NCBI RefSeq assembly: GCF_001194135.2
Contig: NC_068986.1
Span: 25,352,925 to 25,416,924, forward strand
Origin: Octopus bimaculoides
Lineage: Eukaryota
Length of the DNA stretch: 64,000 bases
Direction: 5' to 3'
Made by a program: the position numbers and the translations under genes. The notes below the pieces were generated by a model. It did no database searches. It saw only the letters and a program-made list of their open reading frames with translations, and was not told the DNA's origin. Positions 1 to 12,616 of this stretch are shown here, piece after piece (the first letter of the stretch is position 1; each line of letters begins with the position of its first letter).

Positions 1-198
1 TCTAAAAGTTATTGGAAGGTCTATACTAGAGAGAACTGTTTGTTTGGACTGACAATGGATGAAGAAGAAAAAAAAGACTTAAGAATTATTAAAGACCGAT
101 TTTTAAATTAATGGACTCCACAGAAAAGACTTGGGAATTATAGGTACATATAACATATTAGCAGCAATCGATGCAAAACAAAACTGATGATGATTCTG

Positions 199-246
<48 letters not shown>

Positions 247-1057
247 TACCTTCAACAAATACTTGAAGCACTCAACTTCTTTCATCTTGATACATTATGA
301 GAAGAGCTCTGTAAACCTATGACTAAACAGCAAAATTACAAAAAACAAAATGTCCAATCTTGCTGTTTTTTTAAATAGCATGGTGTATGTTTGAGTGTCA
401 GTTGAACTTCATATACTGACTGTGTATAAATATATAATAAAAAATATAACATTTAGGTAGTAAAACTGAACATCTGCTCTTGTTGAGCTGTAACCTACTA
501 AATTTATTAAGTATGTGTGGTTTGACACTACTACAAACTACTTATTTTAATGACCCTAAACTTCTTGAAAATGTATTCTTTCATTGGCCTTCATTGTGAA
601 TTTCTTCATCATTTGTTGATATATGTAAGAAATAATGAGTATTATAAAGAAAGCTGAATGTGTCAAGTTTTCTCCCTCTCTCTCTTCCCCCCTCTCTCTC
701 TTCCCCCTCTCTCTCTTTCCTCTCTCTCTCTCTCTCTCTCTCCGTGTGCCAATGCTTATTTCACAGGTGTTGGCAATTATGGCCCCTCATGCTAAAATCT
801 AAGGATTTATGATTTTTCTTGAGAAAGATACAGTGGTCTTTTCCCTGTTGCCTTCTGCTGGTTTATTTACAGTTTACTCTGCTAGTCCCCTGCTCTCACA
901 AGCTTACTCTGTGAAGTACAGGGTCTGTTTAACCCCAAAGCTGAAGGAATGGTTCATGTAACATCAGGGTATTTCCACACAAGGGTGGGCTTGTGCGACA
1001 CATATCTAGGGACCAACATTCCTCTGTGCCTTAATCACAGGACCACCTTCTGTTATC

Positions 1058-1390
1058 TGACCCATATCTGGGTTCTTAATTTATCGACCCCGAAAAGATG
1101 AAAGGCAAAGTTGACCTTGGCGGAATTTGAACTCAGAACATAAAGGCAGATGAAATACCTATTTCTTTACTGCCCACAAGGGGCTAGACACAGAGGGGAC
1201 AAACAAGGACAGACAAATGGATTAAGTCGATTATATCGACCCCAGTGCGTAACTGGTACTTAATTTATCGACCCTGAAAGAATGAAAGGCAAAGTCGACC
1301 TCGGCGGAATTTGAACTCAGAACGCAGTGGCAGATGAAATACCGCTAAGTATTTTGCCCGGTGTGCTAACGTTTCTGCCAGCTTGCTGCT
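1058..1390 (-). mobile_element. Family A SINE in tandem or nested arrangement (full copy plus a partial second unit)
   Basis: The core gaccc..aaagatgaaaggcaaag..gaactcagaac occurs twice (about 1080-1159 and 1260-1345), with a junction at gaaatacc|tatttcttt. Confidence 0.8.
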
Positions 1391-1887
1391 TTAGCATCAG
1401 CAAATATTAAATCTAGAAAGTTTACCAAGTTGAAGGTATAAATTTGTGTGATATAAGGAATGGAAGAGACCCAGCAATTAGGGAAAGAACTTTTATCTGC
1501 CGAGCAATTTTCACTTTAGAGTTTTGTTTAATTTTTGTTATTCAGATTATGACTAACACTGGCATTCGTTAAAAATGATTTGTTGATTTGCATATTTTTG
1601 TTTAACATATTCTAGGCATGGGTGTGTGATGAAGAAGTTTGATTTGGAACCCAGTGAATTCAGGTTCAATCCCATTGTGCACTGTACCTTCAGCAAATGT
1701 CTTCTAAAGGGTGGACCAATGTTTTGTCAGTGAATTTTGCAGATGAAAAATATGTGTGTGTGTGTGCGTGTGTTTTTGTTTTCCTCACCACTGCTTGACA
1801 AATGGTGTCGGTTTGTTTATGTCCCTATAAATTAACAGGTTTTGCTGAAGAAAGCAATAGATTAAATACCAGACACTTAATATATAT

Positions 1888-2206
1888 GTGGCCGTTGCCA
1901 GTACCGCCTGACTGGCTCCCGTAGGATTTTCGAGCAAGATCGTTGCCAGTGCCCGTGGACTGGCTTGTGCGGGTGGCACATAAAAGACACCATTTCGAAC
2001 GTGGCCGTTTTCGTGCGGGTGACACGTAAAAGCACCCACTACACTCTCTGAGTGGTTGGTGTTAGGAAGGGCATCCAGCTGTAGAAACTCTGCCAAATTA
2101 GACTGGAGCCTGGTGTTGCCATCCGGTTTCACCAGTCCTCAGTCAAATCGTCCAACCCATGCTAGCATGGAAAGCGGACGTTAAACGATGATGATGATGA
2201 TGATGA
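1888..2206 (+). mobile_element. Non-coding retroposon, family C, with a (GAT)n tail. Other copies at about 13290-13470, 22960-23160, 29165-29730, 38451-38710, 43296-43585, 49205-49700, 51075-51185, 54285-54430, 55950-56115 and 59760-60605
   Basis: Conserved 3' segment gtggttggcgttaggaagggcatccagctgtagaaac...ggacgttaaacgatgatgat. Confidence 0.8.
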
Positions 2207-3143
2207 TATATAAAATACTGGGGCTGATATATTTGATTAATTGCTTCCAATGACTAACACAAATGACAAAATACATAAGATGATGCATGAGATGTATCAC
2301 AGAGAGAAGCAAACATTAAAACAAGAATTAAACAATCCTGATATTTATTTATATTTGGTTCTGCATATTCCAAGCCCTTTTTTCCCCTTATTAATGGAGT
2401 GTTTTGATGGGAAGTAAACACTGTTTTTTCCAGCCGTTGTGAAAGTATAAATACCACCTTTGAAGCAGCAATGCAGAATAATCTCAGAAAACTGATAGAT
2501 TAATAACAATGATAGATGTTTACAGAGATCCATACTGGACATCAAAAGCTGTGGAATTGCTCTCAAAATTGTTAAGACTGTAAAATATAACATAATACTT
2601 TTGTCGTGTTCAGAGCAGACATCAGGCATTTATCATACTGAATGCAGTATGTTATCTTTTTTTTTTTTTTTTAATATTTTTATATTTTTATTTATTTTTT
2701 ATTTTCATTTGTCTGCATTTATCATCCAAAGAATTTCTTATTCAAAGAAATGGTATTGTATCCTCCTCCTTCTCCTACTACTACTACCACCACCACTACC
2801 ACTACACTCTTGTCCAACAATCCTTCTACCATCATTGCTTGTTTTGTAAATCAATTTCCTCAGTCATTTCTTCTTTATAGCTTTATATTTTCATAAGAAG
2901 ATATATTGTAAATAGACCATGTTGCAAATTCTTTTGGATTATTTAAGACTTGGCTCTTATTTCTAGCAGGTAGATGCTCATTAAGCATCATTACGCTTCA
3001 TGCAAATTTCATAGCTCCTTAAAGCTATCATAACTGTGTTCCACCCATGCTACTACTGGTGATATCATCAAATTTTGAATTTATCCACAGATGATATGAA
3101 CAGTAGTGACATCTAACTTTAAATCTCAGTGTTTGAATATTTC

Positions 3144-3178
<35 letters not shown>

Positions 3179-3391
3179 AGCATGGAAGGTGGATGTTAAA
3201 CGATGATGATGATGATATTTAGTTATATATTACGTGTTATAATTAGTGAATATTCATACTTTGTTGTACTTGATTCATAGTTGTTAAAACCTTTGTAACA
3301 AATTTCATGTTTATCATTCAAATGTTAGTTAATAATTCATATTATTTACACATGTATATAATGGTTAACACAGCAAATTAGCACTCACATA

Positions 3392-3496
<105 letters not shown>

Positions 3497-4230
3497 NNNN
3501 NNNNNNNNNNNNNNNNNNNNNNNNNNNNNNNNNNNNNNNNNNNNNNNNNNNNNNNNNNNNNNNNNNNNNNNNNNNNNNNNNNNNNNNNNNNNNNNNNNNN
3601 NNNNNNNNNNNNNNNNNNNNNNNNNNNNNNNNNNNNNNNNNNNNNNNNNNNNNNNNNNNNNNNNNNNNNNNNNNNNNNNNNNNNNNNNNNNNNNNNNNNN
3701 NNNNNNNNNNNNNNNNNNNNNNNNNNNNNNNNNNNNNNNNNNNNNNNNNNNNNNNNNNNNNNNNNNNNNNNNNNNNNNNNNNNNNNNNNNNNNNNNNNNN
3801 NNNNNNNNNNNNNNNNNNNNNNNNNNNNNNNNNNNNNNNNNNNNNNNNNNNNNNNNNNNNNNNNNNNNNNNNNNNNNNNNNNNNNNNNNNNNNNNNNNNN
3901 NNNNNNNNNNNNNNNNNNNNNNNNNNNNNNNNNNNNNNNNNNNNNNNNNNNNNNNNNNNNNNNNNNNNNNNNNNNNNNNNNNNNNNNNNNNNNNNNNNNN
4001 NNNNNNNNNNNNNNNNNNNNNNNNNNNNNNNNNNNNNNNNNNNNNNNNNNNNNNNNNNNNNNNNNNNNNNNNNNNNNNNNNNNNNNNNNNNNNNNNNNNN
4101 NNNNNNNNNNNNNNNNNNNNNNNNNNNNNNNNNNNNNNNNNNNNNNNNNNNNNNNNNNNNNNNNNNNNNNNNNNNNNNNNNNNNNNNNNNNNNNNNNNNN
4201 NNNNNNNNNNNNNNNNNNNNNNNNNNNNNN

Positions 4231-4367
4231 GTTTTCTCCATATTCTTTCTGTTGAAGCGCGTAGCTCAAAACGTTAAAGATCTTCTGTATTCCCGAGCAT
4301 TAAACTAATACATCCTTTTGTTGTTTACACCACCTGTCCTTGTCTGTTGTTTTTTTCGTAAATTCTC

Positions 4368-4369
<2 letters not shown>
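4231..4369 (+). mobile_element. Family H1 copy
   Basis: Reverse complement aligns to 10167-10300. Ends at (TA)n, and the left end runs into a gap. Confidence 0.6.
4244..4280 (+). pseudogene. Degenerate copy of the CUGUUGA-core hammerhead
   Basis: tcttt ctgttga agcgc gta gctc aaaac gtt aaaga. Same motif as 10258, with a stem II substitution and GAAAC changed to AAAAC. Confidence 0.5.
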
Positions 4370-4407
<38 letters not shown>

Positions 4408-5168
4408 AGTTTCCATACAGTTTCCATCTGCCAAATTCTCTCTCATGGCTTGGTTAGCCCAGGGCTATATTAGAATACACTTACCCAAAGTGCCACATAG
4501 TGGGACTGCACCTGAGACACCACGTGGTTGCAAAGTGAGCTTCTTGATCATAGGATATAATGATTGCTGATGAATTAAGGATTTATTCTACTCCATTAAT
4601 GGGTCTTCATTTTTACGTCTGTTTTTCCAGCCTGGTATGGATTAGATGAGACTTCTTTTAAGGCAGTGATGTATGGTTAGATGCTCATCCTGTCACCAAT
4701 CCTTTTAGTTGCCTCTTATGACATATAAGGACATTTTGCACCTATTCCAGTAGCCTGGATACACATAGTTTTATTCTAATAATTTGCCCTGTAAAATCCT
4801 GTTTCTCAAGTCCTGTAAAATCTGTTTTTCAAATCCTGCAGAATCTGTTTCTTAATGAGAACGAAAGGGGTTGCTTTAAAATTTGGGGTGGATTGAAATT
4901 TCTATTTGAGTTTTATAGATTAAGGTTGAGTGTCTAATGAAGTTTGCTATTCAAAGGACAATAAGTGGAAATATATTATATGTATGTGAAAAGCTGTATT
5001 AGTGACAACAGTAGTTCAGTTTTTCAAGACATCTACAGAATGTCTCCTTTGTAATAATTTTCGTTACATGATTGTGTGACTCAGAAAGCAAATCAACAGC
5101 TTGAGGTCAACAACACCTACTTGAGAGTTTCAATTGATGTGAATATTTTCATATATGACTATATATAT

Positions 5169-5214
<46 letters not shown>

Positions 5215-5386
5215 NNNNNNNNNNNNNNNNNNNNNNNNNNNNNNNNNNNNNNNNNNNNNNNNNNNNNNNNNNNNNNNNNNNNNNNNNNNNNNNNNNNNNN
5301 NNNNNNNNNNNNNNNNNNNNNNNNNNNNNNNNNNNNNNNNNNNNNNNNNNNNNNNNNNNNNNNNNTATTATTATTATTATTATTTA

Positions 5387-5437
<51 letters not shown>

Positions 5438-5447
5438 CATTATTATT

Positions 5448-5506
<59 letters not shown>

Positions 5507-5730
5507 AAGATGGCAAGCTGGCAGAATCATTAGCACACTGGGTGAAATGCTTAGTGGTATTTTGTCTGTCTTCGTGTTCTGAGTTCAAATTCCACCAAGG
5601 TCAAATTTGCCCTTCATACTTGCAGGTTCAACAAAATAAGTATCAGTGAAACACTGGGGTCAATGTAATCAACTAGTCCCCGCCCACAAAATTTCAGGCC
5701 TTGTGCCTTTGGTAGAAAGGATTATTATTA
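5507..5730 (+). mobile_element. Older family A subfamily with an alternative tail. Further copies at about 7845-8050, 18590-18810, 19590-19800, 20000-20330, 21620-21730, 22515-22730, 36555-36770, 45910-46090, 51210-51650, 56720-56920, 59540-59680, 62480-62660 and 63115-63250
   Basis: Recurrent motifs gctggcagaatc, ctgagttcaaattc, cctttcatcc and aaaatttcaggccttgtgcc. Confidence 0.75.
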
Positions 5731-5919
5731 TTATTATTGTTATTATTATTATGTTTGACTTTTGCTTTGTATTTGTACATGTTGGCTCCAAGTCTCACCC
5801 AGAGACCTCAAGAGACAACAAGTTAGAACTTCATGTTGGTGTTATGCCAAGGGTGTCATGTATTTGGTTTTGCACATAGTATTGTTCTAGAGAATGTTTA
5901 AGAAAACAAGAAAATTATG

Positions 5920-6032
<113 letters not shown>

Positions 6033-6780
6033 GAACCAACCACCAGTAGTGAGATTATGAATGAAGTACAATTTCCTACTGTAAACTGAATTGAGACCTA
6101 TGTTTTCTCAGCAAACTTTATTTCATGTTTTCTGAAGAGCTGAAAATTTTCAATACATCCAGTTGGCTATGGGTTTGTCCAACCTTGATGTGCCACTTCC
6201 TGCTAGGTCTGCCCTTATACAGGGTCATTGTTCATTGTACATGTTGTTTAGTCCCAGATCAACCCTAATCAAATGGATTTATAATCAGCTTTTCCAACCA
6301 TGAAAATCCTGTCTTTTCCTTATATCTAAGGCTATATTATTGAATGGGTTTTTTCCTATTCTAATACAGTCAGGTGTAATTTGAGGGAAATAAGGGTACT
6401 ATTTTTAGCAGGTCAAATAACCATGTAGAAGTTCCCTGAGGCTATGGGTAAAAAAAAATGTTTCCCAGCAGAAATCTGCTGCCACATAGCATACAGGGCC
6501 TGTCACCACTGAGGATAAAGCCTCGGTCAACTGGCATTTAATCTTACGTCCTCTTCTCCATCAATTCATGATGAGTGTCCTAGCATGCACAAGATTTTTA
6601 GAGGGAGTCTGCAGCCATGCTCATCCAACTGTGCTACTTATAGGGATTGAAGGAGTAGTTAGTAGCAACTTGGAAGTCATCACCTTACCATTTTTTCCTA
6701 TCACCATTACCAAAATAAAAAGAAGAAATATAACAAAAACATGCAAACTGTTGCATTTTATTTTCATTACTTCACTAGTC

Positions 6781-7165
6781 GTGGAGGCGCAATGGCCCAG
6801 TGGTTAGGGCAGCGGACTCGCGGTCATAGGATCGCGGTTCCGATTCCCAGACCGGGCGTTGTGAGTGTTTATTGAGCGAAAACACCTAAAGCTCCACGAG
6901 GCTCCGGCAGGGGATGGTGGTGAACCCTGCTGTATTCTTTCACCACAACTTTCTCTCACCCTTACTTCCTATTTCTGTTGTGCCTGTAATTCAAAGGGTA
7001 AGCCTTGTCACACTGTGTCATGCTGAATATCCCCGAGAACTACGTTAAGGGTACACGTGTCTGTGGAGTGCTCAGCCACTTGCACGTTAATTTCACGAGC
7101 AGGCTGTTCCATTGATTGGATCAACTGGAACCCTCGACGTCGTAAGCGACGGAGTGCCAACAACA
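6781..7165 (+). mobile_element. Full-length tRNA-derived SINE, family D
   Basis: tRNA-like head with A box (tggcccagtgg) and B-box-like gttccgattcc, (AAC)n tail, and a 12-bp target-site duplication acttcactagtc at 6769-6780 and 7166-7177. Confidence 0.9.
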
Positions 7166-10104
7166 ACTTCACTAGTCATTATTTATAATTTTTAATTTCA
7201 ACTAAACTTATCCTTGGATAAAGGAACCACAGAAAAACTAAAAGGAAACAGAAATATGTCTTTTTCTTTGGGGAATACAATCAGGATAAATTTAATTTGT
7301 ATTAATACTTAATAGGACAGTTTCCTGTTGAATTTCTTTCACATGGTTTATCTCTTCCTTTAACCCTTCAGCTAACTAGTTCAAGGTTAGCCTTTTAAAA
7401 ATTAATTAATACAAGCTGCATTTGATTTTAAGGAATTCTAATTGTCAGTTCTCGCTGTAGGCTTCCTGATTAGGTTTAGCACATTATGAAAACATAGTAA
7501 TGGTTAATTACAAATATGTACTGGAATTTTATTTATTCATATTTATATTAATATGTAATATAATCAATTATACACCTCTCTCACAAACCTGTGACCTTGT
7601 GCAGAATATTATCATCAATATTATTAACAACAACAGCAACACTAATGTTATTTTAATGTATCTGTGTTTATGTAATGAATATCATCATCATTACCATCAT
7701 CATCATCATTTTAACATCCACTTTCCCAAGCTTGCTTGAATTGCACAAATTTGTTGAGGCAGACTCTCTGTGGCTGGATGCCTTTCCTGTTGCCAAACCT
7801 CACCTGATACCAAGGCAATATTTTTTATGGCCAAAGGCAGTGACCTGGCAGAATCGTTAGCACGCCAGGCGAAATGCTTAATGGTATTTTGTGTTCTTTA
7901 TGTTCTAGGTTCAAATTCCGCTGAGGTCAGCTTTCCCTTTCATCCTTCCAGGGTCAATAAATTAAGTACCACTTGCATACTGGGGTCAATCTAATCGACT
8001 GGCCCCTTCCCTACAAATTTCAGGATTTGTGCCTAGAGTACAAAAGAATATTTTTCATGGCCAGACATGTCTTTATGGAAGATTGGAAATGGACACTGCT
8101 TGCATGACAGTGATACTTGTTTATAGCGACCACACAAAGCCAGTGCAAAGAGACAATAACATATGCATGCATGCATGCACCCCCCCCCCCAGCTTATTTC
8201 AGTTTCTATCTACCAAATCCACTCATAAGGCTTTGGTTGGCCTGGTGCTATTGTAGATGACATTTGCTCAAGGTGCCATTCAGTAGGACTGAACCTGAAT
8301 CCATTTGGTTGGGAAGCAAACTTCTTACTATACAGCCACCTTAAATATATCAATGTATATACATGTGTGCGTGTGTGTGTGTGTGTGTGTAATTTATATT
8401 TAAAAAATCACAAATTCTTTAGGGATATTCTAAGTCAAATAGAGAAGTTGTTTTAGTGTAATACTATAAAAAATGTTAAAAGCTAACTATCTGTTAGTGA
8501 TTTAGTAGCTGCTGAATTCTTTGTGATTCTCATGGGATACAAAAGGAGACCAGATAGTTAAACTTATCCAGTAGAGAAATGTTTATATTTGTTATTTTGA
8601 TAATGAAATTTGTTCAGTGTCCACTTGGTGGCAAGCGGTAGATGCAGGGGTTTTGAACTCTCATAAAGGAATCTGTTCTTTTTAACTGAAGCCACATTTG
8701 TGGACATTTTTATATGCATGCATGCATGAATGCATACATACTTACATACCCACCTACCTACCTACACCCCCCCCCCACTCCATCACCACACACACACATG
8801 CATGTGTTGCAAGAATATTCAGCAATAGCCCAACATCACGATTCGCTAGAATATTCTTTTCTGCTCTAGGCACAAAGCCCAAAATATTTTAACAGGAGCT
8901 GGCAAGTCAGAAGACTGTGCTAAGCTCTTGTGTGTGCTTTGGCATGGTTTCTACAGCTGGATGCCTTTCCTGATGCCAACCACTTTACAGAGTGTACTGG
9001 GCTCTTTTTATGTGGTACTAACACCAACAGTAGTGAATTCACCAAGTAACTTGCAAAGCAAGACCCCCTCAACTGAGGGGCAGGTGAATAGTATTGAGAG
9101 ATAGAAATAGATGTCTTGCAACAGAGATACACATACACGTTCGTATTCCATGCTGGTATGGATTGTAGGTTTGACAGGATCTGATGGGCCCAAGGACTGC
9201 ATTATACTCTGGTGTTTGCTTTGGTATGGTTTCTGTGGTTGGATACCTTTCTTCATGCCAACCACATTACAGTATGTGTGTCTGTGTGTGTGTGCATGCA
9301 TGCATGTGTGAACATAATTAAGAACAAGTTCTTTTCAAGAAACGTACATGAAGCTGATTGGTGCTAAATACTGACACAGCACACTTGAATGGATAACAAA
9401 AGCATTAAATAATAAATAAATAAATAAATAAGGAAATGGCAGGTTACCACCCACTTGACAAACAGGAAAGCATATGTGTGTGAGTATATACATATATTTG
9501 CATATATAAATGGGCATGACATACATACATACACAGACACTCACCCACACACAAACACACACACATGCAGAATTTATGTATTGAAAATAGCTGAACACAT
9601 AAAATTTAGTTTGATTCTGAGAACCTAAAACAAATATGAAGCCTATTCATAATAGCATTTCGGAAATATATATATATCTGATTGTGAATTTGATGCTCTA
9701 ACCACTGAGCCATGTGCCTTCACAAGTTCAATTCCCGGACCAGGCTGTGTGTTGCGTTCTTGAGCAAGTCACTTTATTTTCACATTGCCCCAGTTCACTC
9801 AGCTGTAGAAATGTGTTGCAACATCACTGGTGCCAGAGTTGTATTGGCTTTTGCCTTTCGTTTGGATAACATGGTAGCATGGAGAAGGGAGGCTAGTATG
9901 CATGGGTCACTGCTGGTCTTTCGTAAACAACTTTGCCTGGACTTGTGCCTCAGAGGGGAACTTCTTAGGTGTAATCCAATGGTCAGTCATGACCAAAGGG
10001 AGTCTTTTTACCCTATATATATAAAACGAAATCGAACCAAATTCAACGACTGGCACCCATACCAACCTTCTTTCATTGGACACTAAACTCTGCTTGCAAA
10101 GACG

Positions 10105-10166
<62 letters not shown>

Positions 10167-10168
<2 letters not shown>

Positions 10169-10351
10169 GAGAATGTACGAAAAAATAACAACAGACGAGG
10201 ACAGGTGGTGTAAACAACAAAAGGATGTATTAGTACGACACTCGAGAATACGGAAAGTCTTTAACGTTTCGAGCTACGCTCTTCAACAGAAAGAATACAG
10301 AGACAAGGAGAAAAAACACGGAGAAAAAAATTTGAATAGTGTTCAGTCAAC

Positions 10352-10353
<2 letters not shown>
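10167..10353 (-). mobile_element. Hammerhead-bearing element, family H1 (Penelope pseudo-LTR-like)
   Basis: Flanked by (TA)n on both sides. Homologous to 4231-4369 (opposite strand) and to a fragment at about 29020-29090. Confidence 0.6.
10258..10294 (-). ncRNA. Putative minimal hammerhead ribozyme with variant core CUGUUGA
   Basis: Reverse complement reads TCTTT-CTGTTGA-A-GAGC(GTA)GCTC-GAAAC-GTT-AAAGA: stem I TCTTT/AAAGA, stem II GAGC/GCTC, minimal ACGT stem III, GUU triplet. Confidence 0.6.
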
Positions 10354-10418
<65 letters not shown>

Positions 10419-11689
10419 CTTCTACTTGTTCTCTTTAGTCCATTCTCTGGAATGGACTAAACAGAACAAGAAGAGGTACATGAGACAGAGAGTCACTACA
10501 TAACATCTTTGATATATAACAGAAGATGTTTGCAAACTAATTCCTAATTTCTAAAACTACAACAGGTGTTGAACATTGAATGCAAATTGTAAAACATTCC
10601 TGTGTTATTATTATTTTTTTTTTTTTCTAAACAACTGTAATGAAACTCAGGTAACCTGCAGAACATTGTGTGCTTTGTGACAAAAGTACATGCTCAGTAA
10701 ACATTCTGTATTCAGTACTTGAAACGACATGCTCTGAGTTGGCGGTATGTTGTAAGCAGAAAAATTGCTGAAGTTGTCAAACTGGCTATTCTATAAAATC
10801 TGTTTGTGTTTCTTATCATTTGGTCTGAATTCATCATCATAATTATGTTTATTTTTATTTTTATGTGAATTCTTATATGAGCTGGGCTGGCCTCAGTGTC
10901 ATGCCACTCATCACATCCTTTGTTGTTGTGCACACACAGCAACGGTGAAAGCTCCAATTGTTGTTGATGCATATGTCATATCCTTTAGTATGTTTTTTTT
11001 AAATTCCTGGATGCCCTTTCTCTCATCAACCACTTTACAGCACAGACTTAATGCATTTTATTCTGCTGCCAGCACTAGAGAAGTTGTCTGCAGCAAAACT
11101 ACAATGCTCTTCTGCCTTGTTGGTTTTAATAGGTGCAGTGGAATAACAGAAAGGTTATCAGAGAAAGTAGTGTTCGTATGTGGAAGAAGCAACAGGATCC
11201 ATAAAAACTACAGATACTCAGGAAATTGATTCTCTCAATGCTCTGGTGGCTCATTAGAGGTAGTAGATAATTTCTGCTATCTAAAGTGTAATAGCTAGAA
11301 TAAGAATAGTGGGGAGGGTGTACAGAAAGTGTAATAGCTAGAATAAGAATAGGAGGGAGGAAATTCAAAGAGCTTTTACCTCTGTTGGCTACAAAAGGTT
11401 TCTCTCTCTGAGAGCACATACATTGCCTGGTCTGAGATTTGAAACCACAGTCCGTCAACCACAAGTTCGCTACTCTAACCACTAGGCCATGTGCCTCCAC
11501 TATATATATATATATATTGAGTTACTGCTCTCCTAGATGGGTTGTCTCTACTGTAGCTTGCAGAGGCCAGGTCTTCCCCTTCTTACATGTCATACAAAGC
11601 CCTCAGGAGTTGTTTACTAGAGTAGCTGCTGTATAAATCATGATAATCATGCAGATTAGTTTGTGAGTGTTATAATGGTGGGAGTGTTC

Positions 11690-12200
11690 TATAACTTCTT
11701 GAACATCAAATGCAATGAACGCTATTCCAAACAGAAACCCATCCAAGAGAGTTCTTCAATTTTTGTTTTGAATATGAAGAATTTGGCATACAATCACTAC
11801 ACTGTGTTGTTTTTGTGTCAGTGGTACTAGAAGTTGCATACATCCAGAGAATCAGGTGAAAATTATTTATATTTGGGCACGGGGCCAGTTTTGCTAGTTG
11901 GAGCATATTCAGTTGAATTTATCTCAGTATGTGACTGATATTTATTTTACCAACCATTGAGAGTACTTCTACATGGTTATTCAATGAGTTCGTTTTATTT
12001 TCTCTTTAGAGAATATGGAAGTTTTACTGCTATTTCTAGCATGTCAAGCAACTGCCTAGATGCTCTTTCATTGCCTTGAGAGATGCTTTTAAAAATATTT
12101 TTGTGAGTTAGTTTGTGTTATAGCGTTGTAGTCTGGGTGGTTCCAATCTCACCATACTTCAAATATAGGAGGAGGTTCTGCTGAGAGGCTGTGACACACC
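11690..12200 (-). mobile_element. Possible highly decayed CR1/Jockey-type LINE 3' region
   Basis: Weak motifs only: PIFE/YG..W and WVSVWNSV, resembling RPxLEY..VW and RVVxxWNSLP. Confidence 0.25.
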
Positions 12201-12304
12201 TACATTTGTGTTATCATTAACCTTATATCAGCCTTGACTGAGTGGTTCTATAACTGAAGGCATTCAAGCTTTGACCATCTGGTCTTTTTCGTCAGAAATT
12301 CTTT

Positions 12305-12381
12305 ACAGTGGCCTCGGGCCGACCAAAGCCTTGTGAGTGGATTTGGTAGACTGAAACTGAAAGAAGCCCGTTGTATATATG

Positions 12382-12423
<42 letters not shown>

Positions 12424-12616
12424 TTCCCCCAGCATTGCTTGACAACCGATGCTGGTGTGTTTATGTCCCCGTCACTTAGCGGTTCAGCAAAAGAGATCGA
12501 TAGAATAAGTACTAGGCTTACAAAGAATAAGTCCTGGGGTTGATTTGCTCAACTAAAGGCGGTGCACCAGCATGGCCGCAGTCAAATGACTGAAACAAGT
12601 AAAAGAGTAAAAGAGT
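12305..12616 (+). mobile_element. 5'-truncated family B SINE
   Basis: Matches the body and tail of the 40567 copy. Confidence 0.8.

Noticed and set aside
1-111. Open frame SKSYWKVYTRENCLFGLT...RFLN* at the window start as a terminal exon
   Set aside because: No recognisable domain, and the upstream context is outside the window.
245-300. YYLQQILEALNFFH resembling kinase subdomain VIa
   Set aside because: Short match with no HRD motif, an in-frame stop, and no splice acceptor; likely chance.
6781-6860. tRNA-like heads (also in families A, B and E) as tRNA genes
   Set aside because: They are followed by SINE bodies and tails, some with target-site duplications, and lack a canonical cloverleaf and oligo-T terminator.
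11283-11352. 27-bp direct repeat with a short spacer as a CRISPR-like array
   Set aside because: Only two units in eukaryotic DNA; a simple local duplication.
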